Below are positions 1 to 9,880 of a DNA stretch of 64,000 bases, piece after piece. Position 1 is the stretch's first letter. Every line of letters starts with the position of its first letter. The stretch covers positions 736,001 through 800,000 of the forward strand of contig OZ251219.1 in the NCBI GenBank assembly GCA_965240465.1, read 5' to 3'. The notes beneath the pieces were generated by a model. That model made no database searches. It was not told the DNA's origin and saw only the letters and a list, made by a program, of their open reading frames with translations. A program made the translations under genes and the position numbers. This stretch comes from a bacterium. Its GTDB lineage: Bacteria > SAR324 > JACQKK01.

Positions 1-1
1 T

Positions 2-442
2 AATAAATTTATTAATATAATTAAATATAAGGGAGATTCTGTTAAAATTGAAGCAAAAAATAATGATACGAACGAGAGTGTTGTTGTAAATATTGATTAT
101 AAAGAAGCTAGAGATATGATACGCAATATATCTAATATGAAAGGTCCTGATAGTGATAAAAAGTATAAAAAACAGAAATTTCAATGGGAGCAGACAAATT
201 TTAGTGAATCAAAAACAACAGGTAGTAAAGGGTCAATTGAGAAAATATGTGAAAAGCCATTACCAGTAATTTTTGATAATAATGAGCATAAAATACAAAT
301 GACCACGAGCAATGATGAGGTAGATTGGCATAAAAAATTCTACATTGTAGATGTTATATTACAAATCAGATCGGGGGAGCCTACACAATACAAAATAATT
401 AATAATTATCCAAAAGATAGCTTTCCTATTAAATTAATTTAA
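2..442 (+). CDS. Hypothetical protein, 5'-truncated by window edge, very AT-rich (probably foreign)
   Basis: Frame is open from position 2 to the TAA at 440-442; composition changes sharply near 450; no family recognised. Confidence 0.6.
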   Translation, partial: NKFINIIKYKGDSVKIEAKNNDTNESVVVNIDYKEARDMIRNISNMKGPDSDKKYKKQKFQWEQTNFSESKTTGSKGSIEKICEKPLPVIFDNNEHKIQMTTSNDEVDWHKKFYIVDVILQIRSGEPTQYKIINNYPKDSFPIKLI

Positions 443-461
443 TACATTATAGTCTCAGGAG

Positions 462-2324
462 TTAGCGTGCCAAGAATTTTTTACAGTTTTCAGGCGGTTG
501 ATTTTCATTTTTCATGTACTGGAAGACGATTTCTCTTAGGGTAAAGGGCAGTTGATATTGGATGGGCGGATTTTGGAGCAGAGCTCGGGTAGCTATGGTG
601 TTATGCCCTTGTCGGATGAAGTCAGTGCTCCAGACGAGGTATTTTTTACGCCAGCGGAGAGGGATTTGCGGGGTTTGCGGGGTTTGTGAGTTTTGGATGA
701 GGAGGGATTTAATGTCGCTGGTTTTGGATTTAGGTTTTTGTTGAAAGGTGAAGCCTCCTGGGTAGAGTGGAGTGAGTCCTCGGGGGCTGTAGTTATTTTT
801 CCATCGTACCATTCCAGTGAGTAGGATGGCGATTTGCTTACCTTGGGCGTGGAATTGTACTATTTGGTTGGGGTAGTAGAGCCAGCGATAGATGTGTTTT
901 CTAAGGACAGGGGTGTGTTGCTTTGGGTGGGTTTTCCATTGCTGAGCGTAGAGGATTTTAGGCAGGGGCAGCAGACTAAGTAGTGGAGCAGGAGCAGCTA
1001 TTGAGTTCAGTTGGAGGTAGTTTTTCAGGGCTTGATGCTGGAGATTACCCAGACAACGAGTAAAAGGTCGGCGTTGGCGTTTTAGGAGTTTCGGGATGAC
1101 GAAGTGCCAATCGGTAGGAGTGTTTAGACTATGTTGAGCTGCTAGGAAGCGTTTTTTGGCATAGTTCGGCAGTTGGGTTTGCTGTGGAGTAAGGGAGGGC
1201 AATAGAATTGCGGCGGCGGATATTTTAGGCGGAGTGCTGGGCGGAGTGCTGGGAGGAGTGCGTTGATTGGAGGGATTGTCGGGGTGAGATTTTAGTTTAA
1301 TACGAACGAGCATTAGTCCTCGCCCGCTGGAGCCTACTTCCAGCAGTGGAATGGGCTGAGCGGGTATTTGCCAGCGTAGTTGTTGGTAAGGAAGGGGAGC
1401 ATAAGATAGACGATGAGAACCGCCACTGAGTACGAGGTCGGGATGAGCCTCGGGAGGGAGTTTCCATTTCCAAGCGACCAAGCTGGCAGCAGCAGGCAGG
1501 GGTTGATTTTCAGTAGCAGCGCGTTCCCAGCCGTAAAAGGGGTCGGCACCGCTGTGCATAAGAGCAATGACCAGATTCACCTTTTCCACTTTCCTTAGGT
1601 GAGGCACCCAACGACGCAATCCCGCCCGAATGCTACCCATCCGCCAAGGACCTCGCCACTCGGCTGCCGAAGCTCTAAGTCCGGGCTGTCCAAAACCAAG
1701 CACTCCCACCGAGATATTACCTCTTTTAACAATCACATAAGGAGTAAATACAGGTTCTCCTTGAGGGTTCAGGGCATTGGCTGCCAGCCAAGCAAAATCG
1801 GAGGCAGAATGTGATTTTTCCAGATGTTTGGCATTCAAGTCATAGTTGCCTATCGCCATGGCATCCCAGCCGATTTGGTTCATCAGCTGGATTGCGGGCA
1901 AGTTGCCATACTTATCTGCGGGTGGTTTTTCTCGCAGAGATTCTTGTGGTAGCACGCTGGAAGATGAACCAAATAAGCTGTCCCCAGCATCTAGTAAGAT
2001 CAAGCGATGATGGCTCTGGTTCTGTATCTTTGCCAGCAAGCTTTGTAAAGGTATCCAGCCTCGCTGATGAGAATAAGTATCGGTGAGCAAGCCATTATAA
2101 TCGGCAGTGACCGCCAGCCATAAGCTTTCCTCATCGGGAGCAGCAGTACTCACCAGTTCTTTCTCAGCCGAGCCAAGCTGAGTAAATTGAAGATACCAAA
2201 CCAAACAGAACACAATAGCTACTGAGGCCATCAATAATAACAGGACTTTCCAGCCTAGTGAACTGGATAGCTGGGTAGCAATTTTCCTTGCCTGCTGGTT
2301 AGCACCTCTCATGTTGAGGGGCAT
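462..2324 (-). CDS. 5'-nucleotidase/UshA-like calcineurin-fold metallophosphoesterase with N-terminal membrane anchor (degenerate metal ligands)
   Basis: Motifs TADYNG, DAGDSLFGS, GWDAMAIGNYD, WLAAN, LMHSG, LSGGSH; hydrophobic segment near N-terminus. Confidence 0.75.
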   Translation of the reverse strand: MPLNMRGANQQARKIATQLSSSLGWKVLLLLMASVAIVFCLVWYLQFTQLGSAEKELVSTAAPDEESLWLAVTADYNGLLTDTYSHQRGWIPLQSLLAKIQNQSHHRLILLDAGDSLFGSSSSVLPQESLREKPPADKYGNLPAIQLMNQIGWDAMAIGNYDLNAKHLEKSHSASDFAWLAANALNPQGEPVFTPYVIVKRGNISVGVLGFGQPGLRASAAEWRGPWRMGSIRAGLRRWVPHLRKVEKVNLVIALMHSGADPFYGWERAATENQPLPAAASLVAWKWKLPPEAHPDLVLSGGSHRLSYAPLPYQQLRWQIPAQPIPLLEVGSSGRGLMLVRIKLKSHPDNPSNQRTPPSTPPSTPPKISAAAILLPSLTPQQTQLPNYAKKRFLAAQHSLNTPTDWHFVIPKLLKRQRRPFTRCLGNLQHQALKNYLQLNSIAAPAPLLSLLPLPKILYAQQWKTHPKQHTPVLRKHIYRWLYYPNQIVQFHAQGKQIAILLTGMVRWKNNYSPRGLTPLYPGGFTFQQKPKSKTSDIKSLLIQNSQTPQTPQIPLRWRKKYLVWSTDFIRQGHNTIATRALLQNPPIQYQLPFTLREIVFQYMKNENQPPENCKKFLAR

Positions 2325-2917
2325 CTTTTTTTCAGGGTTTGAGCCAACTGAGCTAACTGAACCGATTGAGCCTCGGAGCTGCTTTGAGTGCTTATTTTTC
2401 CTAAGAGTCGGGTTGCCATAGCTGGTTTCATGTTTTGTAAAATCTGCCCTAGTGATTCCAAGCCCAGACTAAGGGATGGTGGTTTGAGACGCTTTTTTAG
2501 GCTGCGATTGACATCTTTTAGTACCAGAGGAGATACGTGTTCCAGCGAAGCCATTCTCAGGGCTAGCTCTTGTTGTAGGGAACTAGGCATGGCTTGCAGC
2601 ACCGCGGCTGCCTGAGAGCGAGGGCGTATTTGCATTAGAACTAAGGTAGCTGCTTGAGGGTGCTCGGTACTGAGTAGCTGGGCGGTTACTGCGGCTGATA
2701 AATGATTTAAGGTTACGATTCCTCCTAGTTGGCTGAGCCGTTGCTGATAAAAATCACTCAGTACTTGGTTCACTTCAGCCCAGCTGGCATCGGCAGCCTG
2801 CTTAATGGAGCCTGCTACCTGATCTACTTGCTGAGGTTGCATGCGTGCCAACACTTGCTTAGCCCTTCTGTGACCCAGCGATAACAACAAAATAGCAGAT
2901 TTTCGTACTACTGACAT
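2309..2917 (-). CDS. FliG-like protein (N and middle domains only)
   Basis: RKSAILLLSLG, EHPQ motif, ELALRMASLEHVSP; likely start ATG 2917 rather than 2980. Confidence 0.75.
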   Translation of the reverse strand: MSVVRKSAILLLSLGHRRAKQVLARMQPQQVDQVAGSIKQAADASWAEVNQVLSDFYQQRLSQLGGIVTLNHLSAAVTAQLLSTEHPQAATLVLMQIRPRSQAAAVLQAMPSSLQQELALRMASLEHVSPLVLKDVNRSLKKRLKPPSLSLGLESLGQILQNMKPAMATRLLGKISTQSSSEAQSVQLAQLAQTLKKRCPST

Positions 2918-3106
2918 TATATCCCCAAGAAAACACCCCCATAACCCGCTTAAAGGCTTCTTATTAGGAGGTGCATGCAAAAATCGGGTCTTTTTATTTG
3001 CTCCTTAGTATCAAAAGGGGTTATCTTTGTGGTGGAGTGACTGGAGCATTACTCGGTATTACTCAGTGGTTGCTGGATACTCAAAGGATGGAGTTGTAAG
3101 GGAACG

Positions 3107-4849
3107 ATGGCATTAAATCTAAAACTTCAGCTGCGACAAAATCAGCAGTTGATCATGACCCCTCAGTTACAACAAGCGATTCGCTTGTTGCAGTTATCGC
3201 GTTTGGAATTGGAGTCATTGGTAAATCAGGCTTTGGTGGAGAATCCGGTTTTGGAGGAGGATGAAAACAGAGGCGAAGATATGGAGTCATCAGGCTTAGA
3301 TCAAGGGGAGGAGGGGGGTGAAGCGGGTAGTAGCCTAGATAGTACTGCAGATGGTGTTGCAGATGGTACTGCGGATGGTGTTGAAGATGGTACTGCGGAT
3401 GGTGTTGAAGATGGTACTGCGGATGGTGTTGAAGATGGTACTGCGGAGAATAACGTGGATGATGGCGGGGATTTGATTAGGAACGAGCAGCATGAGGAGA
3501 CTGACCGTGACTGGCAAGAGTACATAGAGAGTGGTTCGGGAGTTATTCCAGAGCGTTCAGCAGGCAAGAGCGGTGAGGAGCCTCAGTTGGAAGCGATTTT
3601 ATCTAGGGATGAGTCTTTACGGGAGCATTTGCTGTGGCAGTTAAAGATGACTTCTTGGAGTGATGCCGAACGGAAGTTAGGTAGGCAGTTGGTAGGCAAT
3701 TTGGATGAGGATGGCTATTTGGTTGTGAGTTTGGGGGAGATATTGGAGACCAATATAGCCTTGGCTGGTGAGTTTGAGGAAGAACTTAAGCAAGAGCGTT
3801 TAACCTTATCTCAGGATGGTTTAGATTTGGAGTTATTGTGGGTGAAGCATGATTCCAAGCCCGCGGGCAAGGAAGGAAATCTTAGAATTAAGCCAGCGGT
3901 TGCTTTGGCTGCTGAAGCCGTTTTGCAGCAGGTGCATCAGTGGGATCCAGTTGGTTGCGGCACTCGTAATTTGCAGGAGTGCTTAGTGGCACAGCTAAAA
4001 TCCATGGGACTGGCAACTCATCCAGCCATACATATCATACACAAAGACCTAAAACTGCTGGAACGCCGCGACCTAAATAAAATAAGCTCCCGACACAAAC
4101 TGAGCCTCGCAGATACCATCGCCGCTTGGCAATTAATAACCTCCCTGGAACCTAAACCAGGCCGCCCCTTCACCGAAAGCCGAGCGGTGAACATCATCCC
4201 CGATGTCTACCTGTTCAAAGTGAACAACCCTGTCAATGCTAGTGATGTCATCGGCAATTATAGGATCTCCCTCAATGAAAATGGCATCCCGCGTCTACGT
4301 ATCAGCGAGTATTATCGCCTGCTGTACGAAAAATCCAACGATAGTAATTCCTTGACCAACCAATATCTGCAAGAAAAAATCAAAGCTGGACAATGGCTCA
4401 TGCGTAGTATTGAACAACGACAAAAAACCATCCTTAAGGTTTCTCAAAGCATCGTTAAACACCAATATGAATTCTTTGAAAACGGCATTGATAATCTAAA
4501 ACCCCTGGTACTAAAAGATATTGCAGAAGACATCGGAGTACACGAATCAACCGTCAGTCGGATAACCACCAACAAGTACATGCACACCCCGCAAGGACTA
4601 TTTGAACTAAAGTACTTCTTCACCAGCGGAGTAGGACAAGAAGATGGAGAAATAATCTCCTCTAAAAAAATCAAGGACATGATCCTCAAACTGGTTAACA
4701 AGGAAAATCACCGCAAACCTTATACCGATATCCAAATCGCCGATATCTTGAACCAAGAATTTAAAATCAAGGTTGCTCGCCGCACGGTCGCCAAATATCG
4801 TGAAGCCCTAAATGTGCTACCTTCTAATTGCAGAAAAAAATTGTTTTAA
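3107..4849 (+). CDS. rpoN: RNA polymerase sigma-54 factor
   Basis: N-terminal MTPQLQQAIRLLQLS, HESTVSR helix-turn-helix, RpoN box ARRTVAKYRE. Confidence 0.98.
   Translation: MALNLKLQLRQNQQLIMTPQLQQAIRLLQLSRLELESLVNQALVENPVLEEDENRGEDMESSGLDQGEEGGEAGSSLDSTADGVADGTADGVEDGTADGVEDGTADGVEDGTAENNVDDGGDLIRNEQHEETDRDWQEYIESGSGVIPERSAGKSGEEPQLEAILSRDESLREHLLWQLKMTSWSDAERKLGRQLVGNLDEDGYLVVSLGEILETNIALAGEFEEELKQERLTLSQDGLDLELLWVKHDSKPAGKEGNLRIKPAVALAAEAVLQQVHQWDPVGCGTRNLQECLVAQLKSMGLATHPAIHIIHKDLKLLERRDLNKISSRHKLSLADTIAAWQLITSLEPKPGRPFTESRAVNIIPDVYLFKVNNPVNASDVIGNYRISLNENGIPRLRISEYYRLLYEKSNDSNSLTNQYLQEKIKAGQWLMRSIEQRQKTILKVSQSIVKHQYEFFENGIDNLKPLVLKDIAEDIGVHESTVSRITTNKYMHTPQGLFELKYFFTSGVGQEDGEIISSKKIKDMILKLVNKENHRKPYTDIQIADILNQEFKIKVARRTVAKYREALNVLPSNCRKKLF
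3338..3447 (+). repeat. In-frame 24-bp tandem repeat (about 4.5 copies, TADGVEDG) in RpoN acidic region II
   Basis: GTACTGCGGATGGTGTTGAAGATG repeated. Confidence 0.95.
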
Positions 4850-4864
4850 GCACGTTCTAACTCT

Positions 4865-4897
4865 TCACCAGCCGATCACCAGCCTATCACCAGCCTA
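4865..4897 (+). repeat. 11-bp tandem repeat x3 ending on the sthA start codon
   Basis: TCACCAGCC(G/T)A x3 then TG. Confidence 0.85.
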
Positions 4898-6279
4898 TGA
4901 AATCATACGACCTGATCGCAATTGGTTCAGGACCCGCCGGCGAAAGAGCAGCTATGCAAGCGAGAAAATTGGCACGCTCGGTGTTGGTGATAGAAGAAGA
5001 TTTTACCCCTGGGGGAAGTTGTACTCATCGGGGTACTATTCCCAGCAAAACCCTGCGGGAATCGGTTAAGTATCTCCAACTTCTCTGGGATCGTTCGCTA
5101 TACGGGATGTCTCTTAATATGAAGGAGCCTCTTACCATCAACCGCCTTATGCATCGCAAGAATGCTGCGGTAGCCTCTTTGGTGGAGCGACAACAAAACA
5201 ACATGCGACGCAATGAGGTGGATTATCTGCGCGGCCAAGCCTGCTTTAAAGATGAACATACCATCGCGGTTAAACTGCCCGATGGTAGTCAGGATATTGT
5301 ACGGGGTAAATGTGTTGTGATCGCCAGTGGTAGCCGACCCTTGCATCCTAAGAGAGTTGATTTCCAGCATCCTCGCATTTGCGACAGCGATAGCGTTCTA
5401 GAAATGCAACAGATTCCTAAAACCCTCACCATTTTTGGGGCTGGAGTGATTGGTTGTGAATACGCCTCCATTTTTTCGGCTATGGATGTAAAGGTGAATT
5501 TGGTCAATCCTCGGCAGGATCTGCTGGATTTTCTAGATTCAGAAATTTCTAGAACCTTGTCTTATTTAATGAGAGAATCGGGAATTCATTTGTACTTTGG
5601 GGAAGCCCTCAAAGAAGTCACCGCAGATGATGAAAAAGTACAACTAATCACCAAAACAGGCAAAACCATCAAAAGCGATTATCTGCTGATGGCTAGCGGA
5701 CGCACTGGCAATACCGAAAAACTAGGGCTGGATAAATTATCCATTGCAGTGAATAGCCGACAACAAATAATGGTCAATGAGTGCTTTCAAACCAGCGTTC
5801 CTCATATTTATGCGGTCGGGGATGTGATTGGATTTCCTGCTCTGGCGGCTACGGCTATGGATCAGGGTCGCTTTGCGGCTCTGCATGCTTTTGAGGACTC
5901 CCTAGAACCACCGAATACTAGCCTTATGCCAGCTGGTATTTATACCATTCCTGAGATTGCTACCGTGGGTGCCAGCGAAGAAGAATTATCAAAAAAGAGT
6001 GTCCCCTATCAAGTGGGAGTAGCTAACTACCGTGAAATTGCCAAATGCCAAATCTCAGGACACACCGTCGGAAAACTAAAACTGATCTTCCACCACGAAA
6101 CTTACAAATTACTGGGAGTACACATTATAGGAGAATGTGCTACCGACCTCATTCACATAGGACAGGCAGTGATGGTTTTTGGAGGTTCCATCCAATACTT
6201 TTTGGATCATACCTTCAATTATCCCACCCTCAGCGAATGTTATCGGGTAGCCACCTTTAATGGACTCAATCGTCTTTAG
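4897..6279 (+). CDS. sthA: Soluble (Si-specific) pyridine nucleotide transhydrogenase
   Basis: IGSGPAGE FAD motif, GGSCTHRGTIPSKTLRE (single Cys), GAGVIGCEYAS, C-terminal FNYPTLSECYRVATFNGLNRL. Confidence 0.95.
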   Translation: MKSYDLIAIGSGPAGERAAMQARKLARSVLVIEEDFTPGGSCTHRGTIPSKTLRESVKYLQLLWDRSLYGMSLNMKEPLTINRLMHRKNAAVASLVERQQNNMRRNEVDYLRGQACFKDEHTIAVKLPDGSQDIVRGKCVVIASGSRPLHPKRVDFQHPRICDSDSVLEMQQIPKTLTIFGAGVIGCEYASIFSAMDVKVNLVNPRQDLLDFLDSEISRTLSYLMRESGIHLYFGEALKEVTADDEKVQLITKTGKTIKSDYLLMASGRTGNTEKLGLDKLSIAVNSRQQIMVNECFQTSVPHIYAVGDVIGFPALAATAMDQGRFAALHAFEDSLEPPNTSLMPAGIYTIPEIATVGASEEELSKKSVPYQVGVANYREIAKCQISGHTVGKLKLIFHHETYKLLGVHIIGECATDLIHIGQAVMVFGGSIQYFLDHTFNYPTLSECYRVATFNGLNRL

Positions 6280-6296
6280 AAGCCTCACAGGAGCTT

Positions 6297-7001
6297 ATGA
6301 CCATCGCCATCGGAGATATCCACGGCTGCTTGCATCCTTTGAAACTTCTTATCCCCAAACTACCTCCTGCTGAGCCCTTGGTGTTCTTGGGAGATTACAT
6401 TGACCGCGGCCCTCACAGCTTTGGAGTGATTGAATTCCTCCAGCAGTTATCCCAGCAGCGTACCTGCCATTTTTTGACTGGTAATCACGAAGACCTAATG
6501 CTGAAGGTTTCTGGAGCCAGCACGGCTACCAATTGGCTGATGAACGGTGGCGATAGTACTCTTAGAAGCTATAAAACCGACCCCCTTAAGTGGTTCAGAT
6601 CTCCCGATAAATTAGCTTTTCTTAAACAGCATCGCCATTTTTTTGAGAACCTCGTGCTCAGTTATGAGGACGAACACGCCATTTATGTGCACGCGGGGAT
6701 AGACCCCTCGGTGCCATCCCTTCAGCAACAAAAAAGAGATGTCTTGCTTTGGATCAGGGAAGATTTCTTCCAGCATTTGGATTTATGGTCAGGTAAGCCG
6801 ATCATTTTTGGGCATACTCCCACTACTAACCTAGGATCTAAGCTAGGGTCTCTGTGGCGACATCCCCGAGCCATAGGAATAGACACAGGCTGTGTGTACG
6901 GAGGAGTACTCACGGCCCTCCAAGTTCCTAGCTATAAAAGCTGGCGACAGGGAGATAGCTCCATGCTGGATAGACATCGCTTGAAACAAAAAAATGGGTG
7001 A
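6297..7001 (+). CDS. PPP-family Ser/Thr protein phosphatase-like metallophosphoesterase
   Basis: GDIHG, GDYIDRG, GNHE, VHAG, FGHTP, IDTG motifs. Confidence 0.92.
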   Translation: MTIAIGDIHGCLHPLKLLIPKLPPAEPLVFLGDYIDRGPHSFGVIEFLQQLSQQRTCHFLTGNHEDLMLKVSGASTATNWLMNGGDSTLRSYKTDPLKWFRSPDKLAFLKQHRHFFENLVLSYEDEHAIYVHAGIDPSVPSLQQQKRDVLLWIREDFFQHLDLWSGKPIIFGHTPTTNLGSKLGSLWRHPRAIGIDTGCVYGGVLTALQVPSYKSWRQGDSSMLDRHRLKQKNG

Positions 7002-7093
7002 TGATAAAAGCCTGCCGATGCATAGCTTATGAAAGCCTATCAGGCACTAAGCAGCTCTATAAAAAGAAACGAAATAATCCCCCTTTACATACA

Positions 7094-7831
7094 TTATTTT
7101 TTAACGATTCCAGAGTTGTACTCAACTAGCAACTCCCAATTTATTTTTCCATCATCACAAAATTTAGAAATAAATCCTGTTAACAAATTATTTCTTATTC
7201 TTTCATAAGCCTTGTTAAATTCCTCATTCTGTTCTGTTGCTTTATATCCTAAGGGTTCTATAAACCTAGTATATAAAATGGTTTCTCCCGATATAAATTT
7301 CCAAAATTCCTGTCCGCAATATTTCAAATACGATCCTTTATCTGGTTTATTATCCTTACCATAGCAACATCCATTTATAGCAATAATATTATCGGACATA
7401 TTCCCACTACTCCTTAAAATAATCTTAGCTTTATCAAAATTTTCCTTCATCTTTTTTATCTGACTACTGTTCCCCCAATTAGGCCCCGATTTTATAGATA
7501 CTAGATAATTAACATTATCTTTAAAGAATTCTAAATCTATCCCTTCTGCACTTGATTTTTTGCCATTATAAACTTTGCTGTTTATAAAAATAGCTAATCC
7601 TTCAAGAAGATTTCCAAAAATAGTTTCTTCTTGTGAAGATAAATGGGCATCAAGTATAAATTTTACCAAATCATCTGCTAGCAAAATATTTTTACATCTA
7701 AATAGGTATGGATTTTTTCGTTTCAGTAACTTCTCTATTTTTAAAGATTGTAATTTTTTAAGCCGAGCATAATGGAATGGTACTCCTATATTTTTCTCAA
7801 TATATTCTATTATCTCATTATCCGTAATCAT
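7094..7831 (-). CDS. Type II restriction endonuclease, PmeII-like family
   Basis: KRKNPYLF, SSQEETIFGNLLE, GIDLE...SIKSGPNWGNS PD-(D/E)xK-type core; overlaps the MTase stop codon; AT-rich. Confidence 0.8.
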   Translation of the reverse strand: MITDNEIIEYIEKNIGVPFHYARLKKLQSLKIEKLLKRKNPYLFRCKNILLADDLVKFILDAHLSSQEETIFGNLLEGLAIFINSKVYNGKKSSAEGIDLEFFKDNVNYLVSIKSGPNWGNSSQIKKMKENFDKAKIILRSSGNMSDNIIAINGCCYGKDNKPDKGSYLKYCGQEFWKFISGETILYTRFIEPLGYKATEQNEEFNKAYERIRNNLLTGFISKFCDDGKINWELLVEYNSGIVKK

Positions 7832-8658
7832 TGAATTCCCAATCTATTATACATTAAGTCTATATATTCAGAATTAGTATCAATACCTATAGAGTACCGA
7901 TCTAATTTATTTGCAGCAATTAATGTTGTTCCACTACCTGCAAATGGATCAAGGACTACATCTCCGACCTCAGTGAATAGTTTTATAAACCATGTAGGTA
8001 AACTTTCTGGAAAAGTCGCACTATGTTGTTTGTTATTACATTCTGTTGATAACTTTAAAACATTAGTTGGATATACTGTGTCTTTGGAGACCCAATTAGA
8101 TATATTTTTCCCAAAACCACTACCAACTTTTGATACATCTCTAATCATATCTGTTTCGCTCAAATTTTTAAGTCTTTGTTTAGACCAACTACCAATAGGT
8201 ACTTTTACATTATCTTGAAACATTTTAAATTTTTTCTGCTTTGTAAAATGCAACAATCGCTCCCAAGAATCTCTAAATCTGTTTGGCCATTTTCCAGGGT
8301 AACAATTTTTTTTATGCCAGATATATTCTTCTGTCCATAACCACCCCTGTTTTCTCATTTCCAGTATTAATTCTAACACATAAGTATGCCGTTCTCCATT
8401 AATTGCTCTTTCTTTGATGTTTAGGATAAAAGACCCTTCTGGATTTAGCACTCTTTTAAATTCATTTGCACGTGGTAAAAACCAATCTACATAACAATCT
8501 GCGGATATACCGCCGTATGTTTTTTTTCGTTGATCTGCATATGGTGGGGATGTAATTATTAAATCTACATAATCATTTTCATACTCTTTTAGTATATTAA
8601 GGCAGTCTCCTTGTTGTATTTTAGGGTTCTTAGCTTCTTTTAAGATACAACTATTCAT
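7828..8658 (-). CDS. Beta-class N4-C/N6-A DNA methyltransferase (cognate MTase)
   Basis: TSPPY before DPFAGSGTT; coupled to the REase. Confidence 0.93.
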   Translation of the reverse strand: MNSCILKEAKNPKIQQGDCLNILKEYENDYVDLIITSPPYADQRKKTYGGISADCYVDWFLPRANEFKRVLNPEGSFILNIKERAINGERHTYVLELILEMRKQGWLWTEEYIWHKKNCYPGKWPNRFRDSWERLLHFTKQKKFKMFQDNVKVPIGSWSKQRLKNLSETDMIRDVSKVGSGFGKNISNWVSKDTVYPTNVLKLSTECNNKQHSATFPESLPTWFIKLFTEVGDVVLDPFAGSGTTLIAANKLDRYSIGIDTNSEYIDLMYNRLGIQ

Positions 8659-8976
8659 AACTATATTCTAACTTAGAATTGTCTGACTAATCAGTTTCTA
8701 GAATAATAACCTATTATCACGATTATTATACCTAGAACAAAACTAATCAATGTATTTTTGTAGATATTGTGTAGAGACATGATGATAAATACCGTATATA
8801 AAATTTAATATTTGACTATTGCTAATTCATCTGGAAACCTGTTATTAAATTCTAAAAAGTTCATACCCATACCTCCATTGATATGACCATATCGTACTCA
8901 ACCATTTAATGTACGTCAAAGGATTATTCCGAGAAGAAATACCTAAGGAGTACCCTAAGTAGCCTTATCAAAAGAA

Positions 8977-9840
8977 ATGCCTAAAAGAATCCACAATCCT
9001 GGTCTGCCCCATAAATTGACCCTGGACAATGAACCTCTGTTGGCTTTTTCCATTGCGGGATTGTCTACCTATTTGCTGGCTCCTCGTTTGAACTGTGCCT
9101 TTGATATGGGTGATTGCCTGCTAGAAGCCCTGCCTTTGGAACACATTTTCATTACCCATGCTCACGGAGACCACACTCGTTGCCTGTTACGCCACCATGC
9201 CTTGCGGCGTATGATGCACATGAAAGATGCTACTTACTATGTTCCTCAGTCCAGCCTTGCGGGATTTTTATCCCTAGCCGAAAGTTGGGAGAAGCTGGAG
9301 CGATTACCTCATCAGCCCCCAGCTTTTCAAGGACTTCAACCCGGCGATAGTATTTTGCTCCATCAACAATTGAGCGTCCAAGTTTTTGCAGTTCATCACA
9401 CTCTGCCTTCTTTGGGATACACCATATTTAACTTGAGAAAAAAACTGCAACCAGCTTATCAAGATTGTTCTTCTCAGGAATTAGCTCAGCTACGCCGTCA
9501 AGGAATAAACTTTGAAGATAAGCATCAATTTCCCAAGCTGACCTTTGTGGGAGATTGCTCAGAAGAAACCCTCTATGAGTGTCCCCAACTAGGAGATGCT
9601 AAGGTACTCTTCCTAGAACTCACCTTCTTGATGGATGATGAACTGGAACTAGCTAAAAAAAGCGGGCATCTCCATATAAATCAGCTGGCTCGCTTTCTTA
9701 AGCAATATCCCGATAAGCTAAACAATCCTCACATTGTACTGAAGCATTTTTCCATGCGATACAGCTCGCAACACGTACACCAACAATTAAAAATAAAACT
9801 ACCCTCTGCCTTCATGCAAAGAGTACATGTACTGATCTAG
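8977..9840 (+). CDS. Metallo-beta-lactamase-fold hydrolase, short RNase Z-like
   Basis: THAHGDH, FVGD, ELTF, GHLH, KHFSMRY motifs. Confidence 0.8.
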   Translation: MPKRIHNPGLPHKLTLDNEPLLAFSIAGLSTYLLAPRLNCAFDMGDCLLEALPLEHIFITHAHGDHTRCLLRHHALRRMMHMKDATYYVPQSSLAGFLSLAESWEKLERLPHQPPAFQGLQPGDSILLHQQLSVQVFAVHHTLPSLGYTIFNLRKKLQPAYQDCSSQELAQLRRQGINFEDKHQFPKLTFVGDCSEETLYECPQLGDAKVLFLELTFLMDDELELAKKSGHLHINQLARFLKQYPDKLNNPHIVLKHFSMRYSSQHVHQQLKIKLPSAFMQRVHVLI

Positions 9841-9880
9841 CTTTATAAGATGCTTTTTTAAGCAAGCAAGCACTAAATAA

